From assembly GCF_000143415.4 (NCBI RefSeq), contig NW_003314262.1, forward strand, positions 6,080,771 through 6,144,770: a stretch of 64,000 nucleotides of DNA, written 5' to 3'. The notes beneath the pieces are model-generated. The model saw only the letters and a program-made list of their open reading frames with translations, was not told where the DNA came from and searched no databases. Positions 1 through 11,197 of this stretch are shown here, one piece after another; the stretch's first letter is position 1, and each line of letters begins with the position of its first letter. The position numbers were made by a program, and so were the translations under genes. This DNA is from Selaginella moellendorffii (lineage: Eukaryota; Plantae; Lycopodiophyta).

Positions 1-210
1 TTGGGCGCGTCTGTATTTTGCCCCCGGCGACCCCACTCCACGCACCAGCGAGTCCTCTTTTGCGAAAAGCATGTCTCCGAGAAACCATCCCCCAATCATT
101 TTTCCAGCCAAAATCACGTAAAAATTTCCCCCATTCCGCCTTGATCAATCAAAGGCTAACTCCACTCCTTTCTCAATCAATCCACATTTGTAAAACTTTT
201 TACAAGGGAT

Positions 211-281
211 AGAGAGAGAGAGAGAGAGGGGGGGGGGGGCGCGTTTCTTCTATCACACTCTCTCTCTCTCTCTCTCTCTCT
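211..281. repeat. (AG)n, G-run and (CT)n microsatellite cluster
   Basis: AG repeats from 211 followed by a G-run; CT repeats ~258-281. Confidence 0.9.
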
Positions 282-574
282 CCAAATTCCTATCTCTCCA
301 ATCTCCATCTCTCCATTGTTGTTGTCCTCTCATCCCCAGATTCCAGAAAACCACACTAGATCTGTACACTCACACTCCATAACCACATGAAGCAAGTACA
401 GCATGTACACATTGCAATCCCTCCAATAAATCACAAGGAATGCAGCGCTTTGCGTTGCTGCGTACTAACGCAACAGGCAATCGCTGCCGAAAAGATGGCA
501 TCATAAATCTATGCCCATCTGGCTTGAACTGATCCACCCATGGTTCCAAAGTTCTTGTTGGTCGGACCTTGGAT

Positions 575-703
575 CTAGAGTTGCGATCTAGAGTGGACCA
601 GCATGTCCAATCCCTGCGAAGTGGACGCCCCCTGTACGAAGAAGTGGGGCGGGATCTGGAGCAGCGAATCGAAGCTGGGCGATGCGCGCCTGGTGTAGTG
701 ATC

Positions 704-734
<31 letters not shown>

Positions 735-1784
735 TTACCATTGGTGGTGGTGGTGGTGGCGGTGATTCCAAATCCAGGAGACGAAGAAGAAGCCACTACT
801 GGCAGAGATGAAGATGATGCCGCGCTCGATGATCTCTGCCCGGCTGACAGAAGAGAGAGAGCACCGCCTTGCGAAGATGTGTTGCTGTTGCAAAGCGGTG
901 GAGGAGGGGGGAGGGGAGGGAGGAGGAAGGAGGAAGAGGTGGAGGAGGACGGGGAGCAAGAGGAGGAGCTCTTGAGGAACTGGATGAGCTGCTGGTGCTG
1001 CTGGGTGATGTCGTAGAGGCTGGCGCCGTGGAGGGCCTGGTAGATCTGGGACGAGGACGAAGAGGGCGATAGGATCTTGGAGTCCTGGTGGTGGTGGTGC
1101 TGCTGCTGGTGTTGATCCGGCCAGCTGCTCAGGAACGATCCATCCAGGACGTGGCGCTGGTGGTGGTGGTCGTGTTGGATCTGGACAGTGGGCTTGTAAT
1201 CCCCTGAGAGAAACACCCAAATCAGTGGGAATGGAAAAAACGATCACTCTCTCTCGTACCTGGAAAGATGCCCAGCTTCCCGGAAGAAACGATCGCCAGC
1301 CCCGACTCGATGATCTGCGTGGGCTTCCTCCGCCGCTCGTTGTGCCCCGCCAGCCTCTTCCGGCAGCTCCTCTTGCCATCGTCAAACTCCTCGAGGACAT
1401 GAAACCTGGAAGAAGAAGAAGAAGAGATAGGCAACGATGAGAACAAGCGTTCTTGCCATAGCCACGCGACCTAAAACCTTGCTCTCACCGGCTACACTGC
1501 TGGCAGAACCGCTTCTCGATCCCGTCCACCACGCTCTTGGGCGTCTTGGAGTGGACCTCGCACACGCGATGCCGCCGGTGGTAGCCCTTGGATCCCCGCA
1601 AATCGGTGCCGCATCCCTCGACCTGGCACACGGGCGCTACCTGCGGCTGCGACGGCCCGCGCTGCTTCTTCCTCCCCACCATTGCCCCGCCGCCGCCGCC
1701 ACGATCAGCCACGAACACCTCTCCTCCAGCTCCAGCGCCTGGAAATCCACGCTTCTCCGCGAAGCTCGGCTCCTGCCGCTGCAT
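575..1784 (-). CDS. SPL: SBP-box (SPL) transcription factor, 3 coding exons (1784-1489, 1405-1260, 1203-575)
   Basis: SBP domain [31 protein letters not shown]|[27 protein letters not shown] with the conserved intron position; GT-AG junctions restore the frame; ALSLLS motif. Confidence 0.93.
845..869 (-). promoter_or_regulatory. miR156/miR529 target site in the SPL coding sequence
   Basis: Plus strand reads TGACAGAAGAGAGAGAGCAC (845-864), essentially the miR156 sequence, so the mRNA carries GTGCTCTCTCTCTTCTGTCA; an overlapping miR529-like window is 849-869. Confidence 0.9.
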
Positions 1785-2234
1785 AATATCGCGATTCCAG
1801 CCCCCACGCGACGCGATTCGGCGATCGAGGCGCCAAGAGCACGCGCTAGAGCGCTAGATTCTGGGAGACAAGGAAGAAATCTCTCTCTTCGCGTGTCACT
1901 TCAGCCGATCAAACCCTGGATCGATGGAGTGCGCTGGGGTGGATCTCTGCGATTGGCGGAGCTCCAAGAATCCTCGCGTCCAGTGGACCGCGACGATCCA
2001 TCCACCATCGCGCATTTTCTCTCTCTCCCACAGACACTCAATTATCCCGCCTCGAACAAAGGGCCGCCGCCTACACAGCTACTATATAGCCAGTCATCCT
2101 TTCAAACTTCCACAGGTCGGGGGGTCGATTCCTGTCAGCGAATGTGCCACGAGAATATTCCGCTCATTTTAAAATTTGAAGGTTCTCACACGGGTTCTCT
2201 TTTTCTGTGCGTTTGGTTCACCAAAACCGTGAGC

Positions 2235-2650
2235 AAAGTTTCAAGCTCGATCGCAAACTTCTTCCACTCCAGACCAGCCCGATCGCGATCGACCAAAACT
2301 GTAAAGTTTCAGGCTTGATCGCTAACTTCAGACCAGCCCAATCGCGATCGACAAAAAACTGTGACCAAAGTTTCAAGCTTGATCGCTAACTTCTTCCACT
2401 CCAGACCAGCCTGATCGTGATCGACCAAAAGTGCGACCAAAGTTCCAAGCTTGATCGCTAACTTCTTCCGCTCCAGACCAGGCCTATAGCGATCGACCGA
2501 AGCTGTGACCAATTCAAGCTTGATCGCTAACTTCTTCCGCTCCACACCAGGCCGATAGCGATCGACCAAAGCTGTGACCAAAGTTTCAAGCTTGACCGCT
2601 AACTTCTTCTGCCACTCCAGACCAGGCCGACCGCGATCGAAACCAAAAAT
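2235..2650. repeat. Tandem repeat, 6 units of 64-72 bp
   Basis: Units start at 2235, 2303, 2367, 2439, 2511, 2580; consensus AAAGTTTCAAGCTTGATCGCTAACTTCTTCCRCTCCAGACCAGSCCGATMGCGATCGACCAAARCTGTGACC. Confidence 0.9.
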
Positions 2651-2668
2651 CCAAGCTTTCGACCGTGA

Positions 2669-4846
2669 TCAGCCACTGTAGATGCTGGAGAGGAGGAGAT
2701 ATGGAGCGGCATCGCCCGGCTCCGATCTTGCCAAGCTCTCGGCCACCGGCATGGCTCGCCGCTCGTCTCCCTGAGCCCGGCACGAATCCAGCAGCGCCGT
2801 CCAGACGATCGAGTCCGCCACAAACGGCATCGTCTTGCTCAGCTCCTCGGCCCGCCCGAGCTGCCCCGCGCGTCCCAGCACGCTCACCATGCACCGGAAG
2901 TGCGCCTGCTTTGGAGCCACTCCGTGATCGCCCTCCATCGCCAGGAACAATCCCCGGCCCCTCTCCACCAGCCCCTTGTGTATGCACGCCGAGAGCATGG
3001 CGATCGTCGTCACCGCGTCCGGCTTGAATCCCTCCAAGCTCATCGCCTTCCACAGCTCCACCGTCTCCTGCTGCTGCTCGCCACCATGGAGCGCGTACGC
3101 CGCGATCATGTAGTTCCACGCCACTGTATCCCACTCGGGGAGCTCCGCGAAGAGCTTCCGCGCCGCTGGGACGTCCCCGCTCTTGGCCAGCGTCGAAAGC
3201 AGCAGCGTCCACGACACGGCATTCCTCTCCGGCATGGAATCAAAGAGGAGCTTTGCCTGCTCCCAGTGCCCGTTCTGATCGTAGGCCGCCACCATCGCGT
3301 TCCAGGACACCACATTCCACTCGGGCATCCGGGCGAAGTAGTCCCAGGCCTGCGCGAGGTCGCCGTTCTGTCCATAGCCCGCCAACATCGTGTTCCAGGA
3401 CACCACGTCGTGATGGGTCATGCTCTGGAACAAGCTCCGGGCTTGCTCCATATGCCCGGCTTGAGCATAGGCCGTGATCATCGCGGTTCTCGACACCAAG
3501 TTGGCCTCGGGCATCCGATCAAAAACCGATTTTGCGAGCTCCACCTCACCGCTCTGGACGTAGGCGTAGAGCAGCGACGTCCAGGAGACGATGTTCCTCC
3601 TCGGCATCCGCTCGAACACCCCCCTGGCCTCCTCGACATGCCCGTTCTGGGCATACACCGTGATCATGCTGCTCCACGAAACCACGTCCCTGTTGGGCAT
3701 CGCGCGGAAGAGCTCCCGCGCCTCGTCCACCAGCCCGTACTGGCCCTTCGCCGCGATGATCACGTTCCAGGAGGTAGTTATCCTCTCGGGCATCCGGTCG
3801 AAGAGCGCCGAGGCCTCGTCGATCCGGCCGTGTGCTGCGTAGGCCTGGATCATCGTGTGCCAGGAGATGCAGTTCTTGTGCGGCATCCGATCGAAAACGT
3901 CCCTGGCCTCCTGGAGGTGGCCTCTCTGCGCGAAAGCCGAGATCATCAGGTTCCAGGACGTGGAGTTCTTGTCCGACATCGCGTCGAACAAGACTCTCGC
4001 TTGCTCCAGCTCGCCGTTTTGGATGTAGCCATTGATCATCGAGTTCCAGGACGTGGAGTTCTTCGCGGGCATCTCGTCAAACATGAGCCTGGCCTGGATC
4101 AAGCACCCGGCTTGAGCGTAGCCCGCCACCATCGCGTTCCAGGCGGCCACATCCGGCTGTGGCATCAGCTCGAAGAATCTCCTTGCCTCGTCCAGGAAGC
4201 CATTCTCGGCGAAGGCCGTGACCATCGTCGTCCAGGACACCACATCCTTCTCGGGCATCATCCTGAAGAAGACCCTCGCCTCGAGCAAATGCCCGTTCTG
4301 GGCATACGCCGCGAGAAGCGCGTTCCACGAGACAGTGTCGGGCTCCGGCATCGCCTTGAACATCACCCGCGCCTCCTGGAGATGCCCGATCTGGGCATAC
4401 ACCGTGATCATCGTGTTCCAGCTCACGGCATCCTTCTCGGGCATCCGATCGAAGACGTTCCTGGCGCCGTGGGGGTCGCCGTTGAGCGCGTGCGCGGAGA
4501 TGAGGATGTTCCAGGAGAAGAGATTGGGTTCCGGGATGGCGTCGAAAACCCGGCGCGCATCCTCGAGGCTCCGGCACTTGCCATACATGCCGATGAGGAG
4601 ATTGGCGAGGTGCTTGTTGTGGCTGTGCTCGCTGGCGCGAATGCGGGCGTGGACGCGCTTCCCGGCCTCGAGATCCTTGGAGCTGCTGCAAGATTTCACG
4701 AGCCGGACGAATTCCGCGTGCTGCGAGGCGGAATCGATCGATACCTGACCTGGCGATTTCTTCTTGGCGCCGGGATACCGCGGCCGGCGCTCAACTAGCT
4801 GCGAGGTCGCGGATCCGGTTGGGGCGGCGAGGAATCCATGGAGCAT
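2669..4846 (-). CDS. PLS-class pentatricopeptide repeat protein with E domain, no DYW
   Basis: 725-aa intronless ORF; tandem 31-aa VSWNxMIxxYAQxG..ARxxFDxMP motifs; C-terminal HFRCMVSVLGRAG..WTALL..AAPYLLLSSIY. Confidence 0.92.
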   Translation of the reverse strand: MLHGFLAAPTGSATSQLVERRPRYPGAKKKSPGQVSIDSASQHAEFVRLVKSCSSSKDLEAGKRVHARIRASEHSHNKHLANLLIGMYGKCRSLEDARRVFDAIPEPNLFSWNILISAHALNGDPHGARNVFDRMPEKDAVSWNTMITVYAQIGHLQEARVMFKAMPEPDTVSWNALLAAYAQNGHLLEARVFFRMMPEKDVVSWTTMVTAFAENGFLDEARRFFELMPQPDVAAWNAMVAGYAQAGCLIQARLMFDEMPAKNSTSWNSMINGYIQNGELEQARVLFDAMSDKNSTSWNLMISAFAQRGHLQEARDVFDRMPHKNCISWHTMIQAYAAHGRIDEASALFDRMPERITTSWNVIIAAKGQYGLVDEARELFRAMPNRDVVSWSSMITVYAQNGHVEEARGVFERMPRRNIVSWTSLLYAYVQSGEVELAKSVFDRMPEANLVSRTAMITAYAQAGHMEQARSLFQSMTHHDVVSWNTMLAGYGQNGDLAQAWDYFARMPEWNVVSWNAMVAAYDQNGHWEQAKLLFDSMPERNAVSWTLLLSTLAKSGDVPAARKLFAELPEWDTVAWNYMIAAYALHGGEQQQETVELWKAMSLEGFKPDAVTTIAMLSACIHKGLVERGRGLFLAMEGDHGVAPKQAHFRCMVSVLGRAGQLGRAEELSKTMPFVADSIVWTALLDSCRAQGDERRAMPVAESLARSEPGDAAPYLLLSSIYSG

Positions 4847-4923
4847 GCTGGCGCCCTCTCATGGCCGCGGCGACGAGACCCCAAGAACCCTAAAAAACAG
4901 AGGAAATAGAAAGAGATGGTTCC

Positions 4924-7161
4924 ATGGTATGTGTTCTTGCCCAAAAGCCCTGTGTTCCTCTTGGCCAAGAACACGATGATCGCCACGATGAGGTCTCTAT
5001 CCTCGCCAAGATCGTTCGGCAGTGTGGATCCAGCCACGATCTCGACGCAGGCAAGCGCATCCACGCCCGGATCCGGCGAAGCCGTCACTGCCGTGACAAG
5101 CTCCTCGCCAATCTCCTCGTGGAGATGTATGGCAAATGCGGGTGCCTGGATCACGCGAGGATGGTTTTCTCAGGGATTCGCCGCCCCAATTCCTTCTCCT
5201 GGAGCGCGATGATCGGCGCTTGCGGATCAAACGGCTGCGTGGACGAGGCCAAGAAGATCTTCGACAGCATTCCAGAGAAAGAGAGAACTGTGGCGTCGTG
5301 GAATTCGCTCGTTTTGGCCTACTGTGAGGAGGATGGGGATTTGAGCAGGGCGAAGGAGATCTGGGAAGAGATGCCCGAGAGGGATGAGAGATCATGGGGT
5401 ATCATGCTTGCGGCGTATGCCCAGAGAGGGCATGTTTTGCAAGCGAAAGAGATGTTCTCGGATTTGCCACAAGATAACCTCGTCTATAAAACGATCATGA
5501 TCACTGCTTATAGCCGAGCTGGGCGCGTTGATCGAGCGCTCGAGATCTTTGAATCGATTGAAGATCCCAGTAGCGTCTCTTGGACTGCTATTGTCGCTGC
5601 ATTTGCCCAGAACGGGCAAATCGAACAAGCTAAAGATTTCTTCAAGAGGATGCCAGAAAAGACTCCAATCGCTTGGAACGCAATGATCTCTGGATTCTCC
5701 GATCAAGGAAACGTTGTTGAGGCGAAAGAGTTTTTTGATCGAATGCCTCGAGCGGATGTTGTCTCGTGGACAACGCTGGTGACAGCATTTGCCCATAACG
5801 GAGACTTGCTAGCAGCTCGAGAGATCTTCGGCAGAATGCCACATAAAAACGTTGCGTCGTGGAACGCGATGATCGGAGCCTACACGCAAGCCGGATCGCT
5901 CGAAAGCGCGAGAAATCTCTTCGATGGGATGCCGAAAAGGAACATCCAGTCGTGGAATGCAATGATCTCGGGGTATGCCCAACACGGGCATGTAGATCAA
6001 GCCAAGCAGCTCTTCGATCAAATGGAACGCCACACACTCGTCTCCTGGAACGCGATGCTCGCGGCTTATGCTCATGCCGGTCTCTACGAGCTCGCGGTCG
6101 AGTTCTTCCACTCGATGGCCCGCAAGAACATTGTTTCGTGGACGAGTTTGCTCAGTCTTCACGCCAACCGTGGCGACTTAAGCTCCGCGCGGGCGATCTT
6201 CGACTCGATGCCCGAGAGGAATCTCTGTTCGTGCAATGCGATGCTCGCCGGATGTGTCGCCAATGGATCTATCGGAGAGGCGAGGGAGATTTTCGAGGAG
6301 ATGGCTCTCAGGAACGGGGTGTCGTGGAACACTATACTGGATGGCTACTCCAGAGCTGGAAATCTGGAAGAAACGAAGTGGATGTTTGATAGGAATCCTC
6401 GTGCTGGCGCTGCTTCGCTGGTGGCTCTGATCGAAACTTATGCTCGCCACGATCGACTCGACGACGCTCGCGACTTTGTCCAGCAGTTCATGCAAGCTGG
6501 AGAGAATTGCGTGGTGTGGACGGCCCTGGTCACGGCTTTCTCTCAGCACGGACGATTGATCCAAGCAAAAGAGCTCTTTGATCAAATCTCCGAGAAGACC
6601 ATCATCTCCTGGAACGCGATGGTGGCAGCCTACGCTCAAAACGGGCATTTCCAGCGGGCAAAGAAGCTCTTTGACGAGCTTCCCGAGCGGAGTACCTCGT
6701 CCTGGAACTCGATAATCGCCGCAAACTCGACAGATGGTCGCTGGAAATTCGCTCTCGAGCTCTTCCACTCCATGACTCTGGATGGAGTCCGAGCCGACGA
6801 CATAACTCTGCTGTGCGTTCTCTTCGCGTGCAGCCACTCGGGATTGCTGGGAGTTAGCAGGAACTTTTTCCACTGCATCTCTAAGGACTGGGATGCTCTC
6901 CCTACTTTGCAGCACTACCACGCCATGATAGATCTCCTTGCGCGGTCTGGTGAAGTTGGAAGATCGCAAGAGCTTGTGGAAACAATGCCTTACGTTTCGA
7001 GTTCTATTGCTTGGGCGAGTTTACTGGGATCATACAGAACTCAAGGAGGCGATCACAGGTCTCTAGCAAAGCTCGCAGCAGGGCATGTAACTAGAATAGA
7101 AGCCGGAAAGGCTGGAGCATACGTTTTACTCTCAAATACTATATTCTCTACATATAACTAA
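4924..7161 (+). CDS. PLS-class PPR protein with E domain, no DYW
   Basis: 745-aa intronless ORF with PPR repeats; ends HYHAMIDLLARSG..AYVLLSN. Confidence 0.92.
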   Translation: MVCVLAQKPCVPLGQEHDDRHDEVSILAKIVRQCGSSHDLDAGKRIHARIRRSRHCRDKLLANLLVEMYGKCGCLDHARMVFSGIRRPNSFSWSAMIGACGSNGCVDEAKKIFDSIPEKERTVASWNSLVLAYCEEDGDLSRAKEIWEEMPERDERSWGIMLAAYAQRGHVLQAKEMFSDLPQDNLVYKTIMITAYSRAGRVDRALEIFESIEDPSSVSWTAIVAAFAQNGQIEQAKDFFKRMPEKTPIAWNAMISGFSDQGNVVEAKEFFDRMPRADVVSWTTLVTAFAHNGDLLAAREIFGRMPHKNVASWNAMIGAYTQAGSLESARNLFDGMPKRNIQSWNAMISGYAQHGHVDQAKQLFDQMERHTLVSWNAMLAAYAHAGLYELAVEFFHSMARKNIVSWTSLLSLHANRGDLSSARAIFDSMPERNLCSCNAMLAGCVANGSIGEAREIFEEMALRNGVSWNTILDGYSRAGNLEETKWMFDRNPRAGAASLVALIETYARHDRLDDARDFVQQFMQAGENCVVWTALVTAFSQHGRLIQAKELFDQISEKTIISWNAMVAAYAQNGHFQRAKKLFDELPERSTSSWNSIIAANSTDGRWKFALELFHSMTLDGVRADDITLLCVLFACSHSGLLGVSRNFFHCISKDWDALPTLQHYHAMIDLLARSGEVGRSQELVETMPYVSSSIAWASLLGSYRTQGGDHRSLAKLAAGHVTRIEAGKAGAYVLLSNTIFSTYN

Positions 7162-7326
7162 ATTCACTTTTCAATTTTCCCATGGATTTCACGCATGATA
7201 GATTCTCAATACAATCAAATGCATAGTTCTAGTCCAGGTATATTCTATTCCACATTGCTGTAGCTCTAACCGCGAGGTTCAAGTCAACCGAAACTTCCCT
7301 GGTCTTGTCTCGCCGAAAAACAGATC

Positions 7327-7334
7327 TATAAAAA
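7327..7334 (+). promoter_or_regulatory. Putative TATA box of the small peptide gene
   Basis: TATAAAAA about 115 bp upstream of ATG 7443. Confidence 0.5.
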
Positions 7335-7442
7335 CCTCACGCTTTGATATGATCGATAAACTCAAAGGGAATTTGAAACTCCACTCGAAGTTTTCTTCTC
7401 CGAGTTTTCTAGCTCCAGTCACTTTAAAGTTTTCTGCAGAAA

Positions 7443-7655
7443 ATGGAGAGAGCAAGGATGGTTCATGTTGTGATCTTGGCCGTGCTTCTTCTGTTTCTCC
7501 ATGGCGCTGCTGCTGCCAGGCCCTTCCAGTCGCCGTCAAAACCAGCATCATCTCCAGCCATTTCATTAGGATCACCAAGTAGAATCAATTGTAACGAGAG
7601 AGAAGGAAGAACACCAGCGGCAACAAAGGAAGGAAACCCAGCACATCACAACTAG
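7443..7655 (+). CDS. Putative small secreted signalling-peptide precursor (70 aa)
   Basis: Signal-peptide-like N-terminus (VVILAVLLLFLHGAAAA|RP), Pro/Ser-rich spacer, C-terminus ..KEGNPAHHN; upstream TATA box. Confidence 0.6.
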   Translation: MERARMVHVVILAVLLLFLHGAAAARPFQSPSKPASSPAISLGSPSRINCNEREGRTPAATKEGNPAHHN

Positions 7656-8084
7656 AAACTATCTAGTCCTTGGAAGGCAATTCCCAAGGCCATGCTTCTC
7701 ACTTCGAAAGCTAATATAACAAGTTTTTTACCTCGAGAATCAAGGTGAAGTTGCAAACAATTCCTGGCTACTATACACTTGCCAAAAGTGAGGTCTGATT
7801 TTGTTAATCCGGACGAAACTTCTTTTGCGACCGCGAACCGCAATTCTTTCGTGACATCTCATTGAGGCCCTCGAAGGAACTACAGAGAAATCAGCAGAGC
7901 CTCGTAATTGGATCCTAACCGACCAAAGACCCAAATTCATTGATCATAGACCATAGACATTATTATAATTGACCGCGGAACAACTGTAGATGCCGCAATC
8001 AAATCCGTGCCATTGACAAGCATTCAAAGTGGAGCGACATTTCCCCGCTATATAAGCCCCAAGTTTGCACAACAACCCGAAAGT

Positions 8085-8258
8085 GAGAGGAGAGATCAGG
8101 AATGGTTCATGCGATTGATGCTGCTACCAAGCCATTATTATCAAGGTAACATTCACTTGAAGTGTTTAGTATCGACTACTTGCTCCAGCCAATTTTTTCA
8201 GCATAACAAGGTAAGATCACACCCAGCTACAACGAAAGATAATCTGATAACAGCCTAA
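8085..8258 (+). pseudogene. Possible degenerate paralogue of the 7443 peptide gene
   Basis: Local similarity (GGAGAGA..ATGGTTCATG; GCTGCTxCCAxGCC; HPATTKDN vs TPAATKEGN); TATATAA at 8049; hydrophobic core missing and frame broken. Confidence 0.35.
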
Positions 8259-8449
8259 AGCGGTGCCAAACTTTCCATCTGATATAATCGAAATTTTCTT
8301 TGTCTCCACAAACCCGTGGATAGCTACGAGGAGGAATTTGATGGCGATGCCGCAGCGCCATGCAGCGATTTCGTGGACGAGGAGCTACGGCGCGAGATTC
8401 TCAGGTACGGCCATGTACAGGAAAGGGGACAGCTTTCTCTAGTAGATTT

Positions 8450-8830
8450 GTTTAGTATTAATTATTAGTGGAAATATATAATAAATTGTTATGAGTTAGG
8501 AATGTTTGGTTTGCTTAATGGTAGTTTATTATTACTTATCAATCTAATTGATCAAATAAAGTTTATAATTATAAGCATGTTTGTAATTTATAAACACAAG
8601 ATTAATCTTTATTGATAGAATAAAAAAGAATATACTAAAAAGAGTTTTAAGAAATTTATAAATTATAAACATGTTTATAAATTATAAATACAAGATTAAT
8701 CTAAATGAATAACAACTGTTAGATGGTAGAATATCCTAAAATATTCAAGCATATTCTAAATATATTCACTACCCTAAAGCAAACTAATTATATAATATTT
8801 AAATATATTTAAGTATATTTATTTTAGTAT
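8450..8830. repeat. AT-rich dispersed repeat (non-autonomous TE-like)
   Basis: Shares CAAGATTAATCTAAATGAATAACAAC and TTAGATGGTAGAATA with 36290-36790, and other motifs with ~31170-31274. Confidence 0.7.
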
Positions 8831-8984
8831 ATCTTATCATTAATTGAGTTTATAAAATTATTTACATTCTTCTCCAAAAAGATTTAAAATTTATACTTTT
8901 TTTAAATAAAAATAACACTATTTATTTACTTACCATCAAAGGACTGAAGAACAACTGTTAACTTATTCAAGCATTTAGTGGCTT

Positions 8985-10615
8985 TTACTTGACGGAAGGA
9001 TAAGTACACACACCATAGCCTGCAAGAACACAAGAAACCAAAGCCTCGTTCAAGCAAAACGAAGAAAAGGAGCGAGGATGGAAAACTCACTTGGATCCGA
9101 GAGGGTGAGCATCGCCGTGTTCCCAAAGTAGCAGTTCCACTTGTTCCCCCCGTGCTTGACGAAGTAGCTGTTGAACGCGTAGGAAGCATGCGATGGAAGA
9201 TCATTCGGGTAGAAGCACTGCGCTCCAAACTGGATCGCAGTGCAATCCGCAAGACCCTCGCCGCAAGCGTAATTCAGCGCCACCAGCAGCGAGTTCGCAT
9301 CGGCATTCGGCTTGGCGACGCACCACACCGGACCGGGACCTCCGGGTCCAATCCCGGGGTTGTTCGGGGGGCCGGGATCCGCCGCTGGAGAAGCCGGAGC
9401 CGGGGGACTCGACGCCGGAGTGGTGGTGGAGTTTGAGCTCGAGTTTGTCGCGGGAGAGCCTGTGCTTGGAGCTGCCGCTGTGGTTTTCATCAAGCCGATG
9501 TCGTAAGATAGCGTTCCATCCGGCCGGAAGATGCCGAAGTTCCTCTCGGACGTCGGCCCCGGCTTGAGGTCCTCGTTGAAGAGAGAGAAGATGTAGGCCT
9601 CGAGCGGGACGCGAGGCCGGGCCGGAGTTCCCACACCCGAGTTGACGAAGGATATGAGGTTCCTGTTGTAGTTCATGGCGTTTTGGACGCTGACACCCGG
9701 CTCGCTCACGTCCCCGACCGACGGCCACCCCGTCTCGGACACCGAGAGCTCCATGTTTGGGAAGCCGAGCTTCTCCATGGCGAAGTAGACAGCGTCCAGC
9801 TGTGCCGAGAGGAGGTTTGTGTAGACGAGGCCTGTTCGTGGATCCGCAAAGCCTCCGTTTGGAAGAAAGAGAGCGTATGGAAGCGAGATGTCGGACGGAT
9901 TGTTCCTGTAGGCGAAGTAAGGATACGCGTTGATCATGAGCGGCGCTTTGGTGAGCGACAGGAACTGAAGCACGGACTTGAGCGCGGTGTCGACGACCTT
10001 GGACTTGAAAATTCCGCTGGATGGAGGAAACGAGACCGAGAGGATGCCGAGCGACTGTGGCGACGTGACTTTCACCTGGTCGTCAGCTTTGAAACCCACG
10101 AGCGCGTTGTGGAGGTTTTGCATTGCCGGGAGGAGCACGGACGCTAGCTGCTGCTCGCTCGTGGTGAGAACCTCGTTGCCGACGCTGATATACTTGATCT
10201 TCGTCTTTGGGAGGTGCTGGACGACGTTCTTGGACACCCAGGCGTTTGCGAAGCTCGGGCTTCCCAGCCTCGGGATCTCCTCGTTGGTCACACCGATCAC
10301 CACCTCGACGCCGGTGTCCGAGAGCGCAGAGAGCATGGCCGAGTCTGCGTCGTAGAGCTTGAGTTTCCCAATGGACGACGACTTAAGAAGCTTGACAACT
10401 TCCCCTGGAGGAGAAAGGTTGTCAGCCAGGCTTCCATAGTTCACGCCTATGGCTGCCTCCGCTGATAGAACGAACAGGAGCGAACGATCTCAGGCTCGGC
10501 CAGGAGAAAGGAAAAAAAACAACATACCTGACGATATGCTACACGCAAACACCAGCCACAGAGCAACGAAGAGCATAGCCACCTTGTTCTTCTTCCCGAT
10601 GGTTCCAATCACCAT
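8985..10615 (-). CDS. Glucan endo-1,3-beta-glucosidase (GH17) with X8/CBM43 domain; exons 10615-10528, 10461-9091, 9019-8985
   Basis: Signal peptide, IGVNYG, SVGNEV, VSETGWPS, FNEDLKPGPTSERNFGIF, X8 WCVAK..SYAFNSY..DPSYGVCTYP; canonical splice sites. Confidence 0.93.
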
Positions 10616-11197
10616 CTTCTTCTTCCTCCTCCTCGCCTTCTCGTTCTTCGCATTCACCTCGCAATGCCCCCCGAGGAGAAAAAAATGCCACCTTTGCAAA
10701 AGTAGTAGCAAAGGCTCACAACGTACGACACTGCCGCTGCCAACATCCCAGAGCCTCTTTTCTCGTCATTCTTTCTTTCCAGTAACCGGTATTAAAGTTC
10801 CAAGCTCCTCGTCTCTTGCAGCCCACAAATCTATGCTCCTTTTCGTCCAAATTTGATAGCGACACGTCGCTAAAGCTTCTCCCTCCTTTAAACCCAGAAG
10901 CTTTTCTTCCTCTTCCGCTTCGCTTTGGCAGAAAAAAGAGGAAGAAAGGCGACCGCGAAATCGACCCGACAGCGGCAGGCAGAGATCTGGCGCTTGTTCG
11001 CTGAGACACGCACCAAATTTCTGGGAAATCCGGTGACCTATCCATCGCCGAATTTATCTGTACCTGCGTTGCCGCTCACTCCATCGTCCCAGGGCATGAA
11101 AATCGTCGCCTACCAAATCGCCCAAGAGCTCGAGCCCTAGACTCAAAGGCGGGTAATTTAAACATATTTTTGGAGGGAAATTTAAAATCCACCCAAC

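Noticed and set aside
2235-2650. Possible CRISPR-like array
   Set aside because: Whole units are homologous; there are no unique spacers
2900-4798. 632-aa plus-strand ORF and similar long antisense ORFs (11666-12619, 42251-42868, 1437-2318)
   Set aside because: Shadow frames of GC3-rich genes on the opposite strand; no independent protein features
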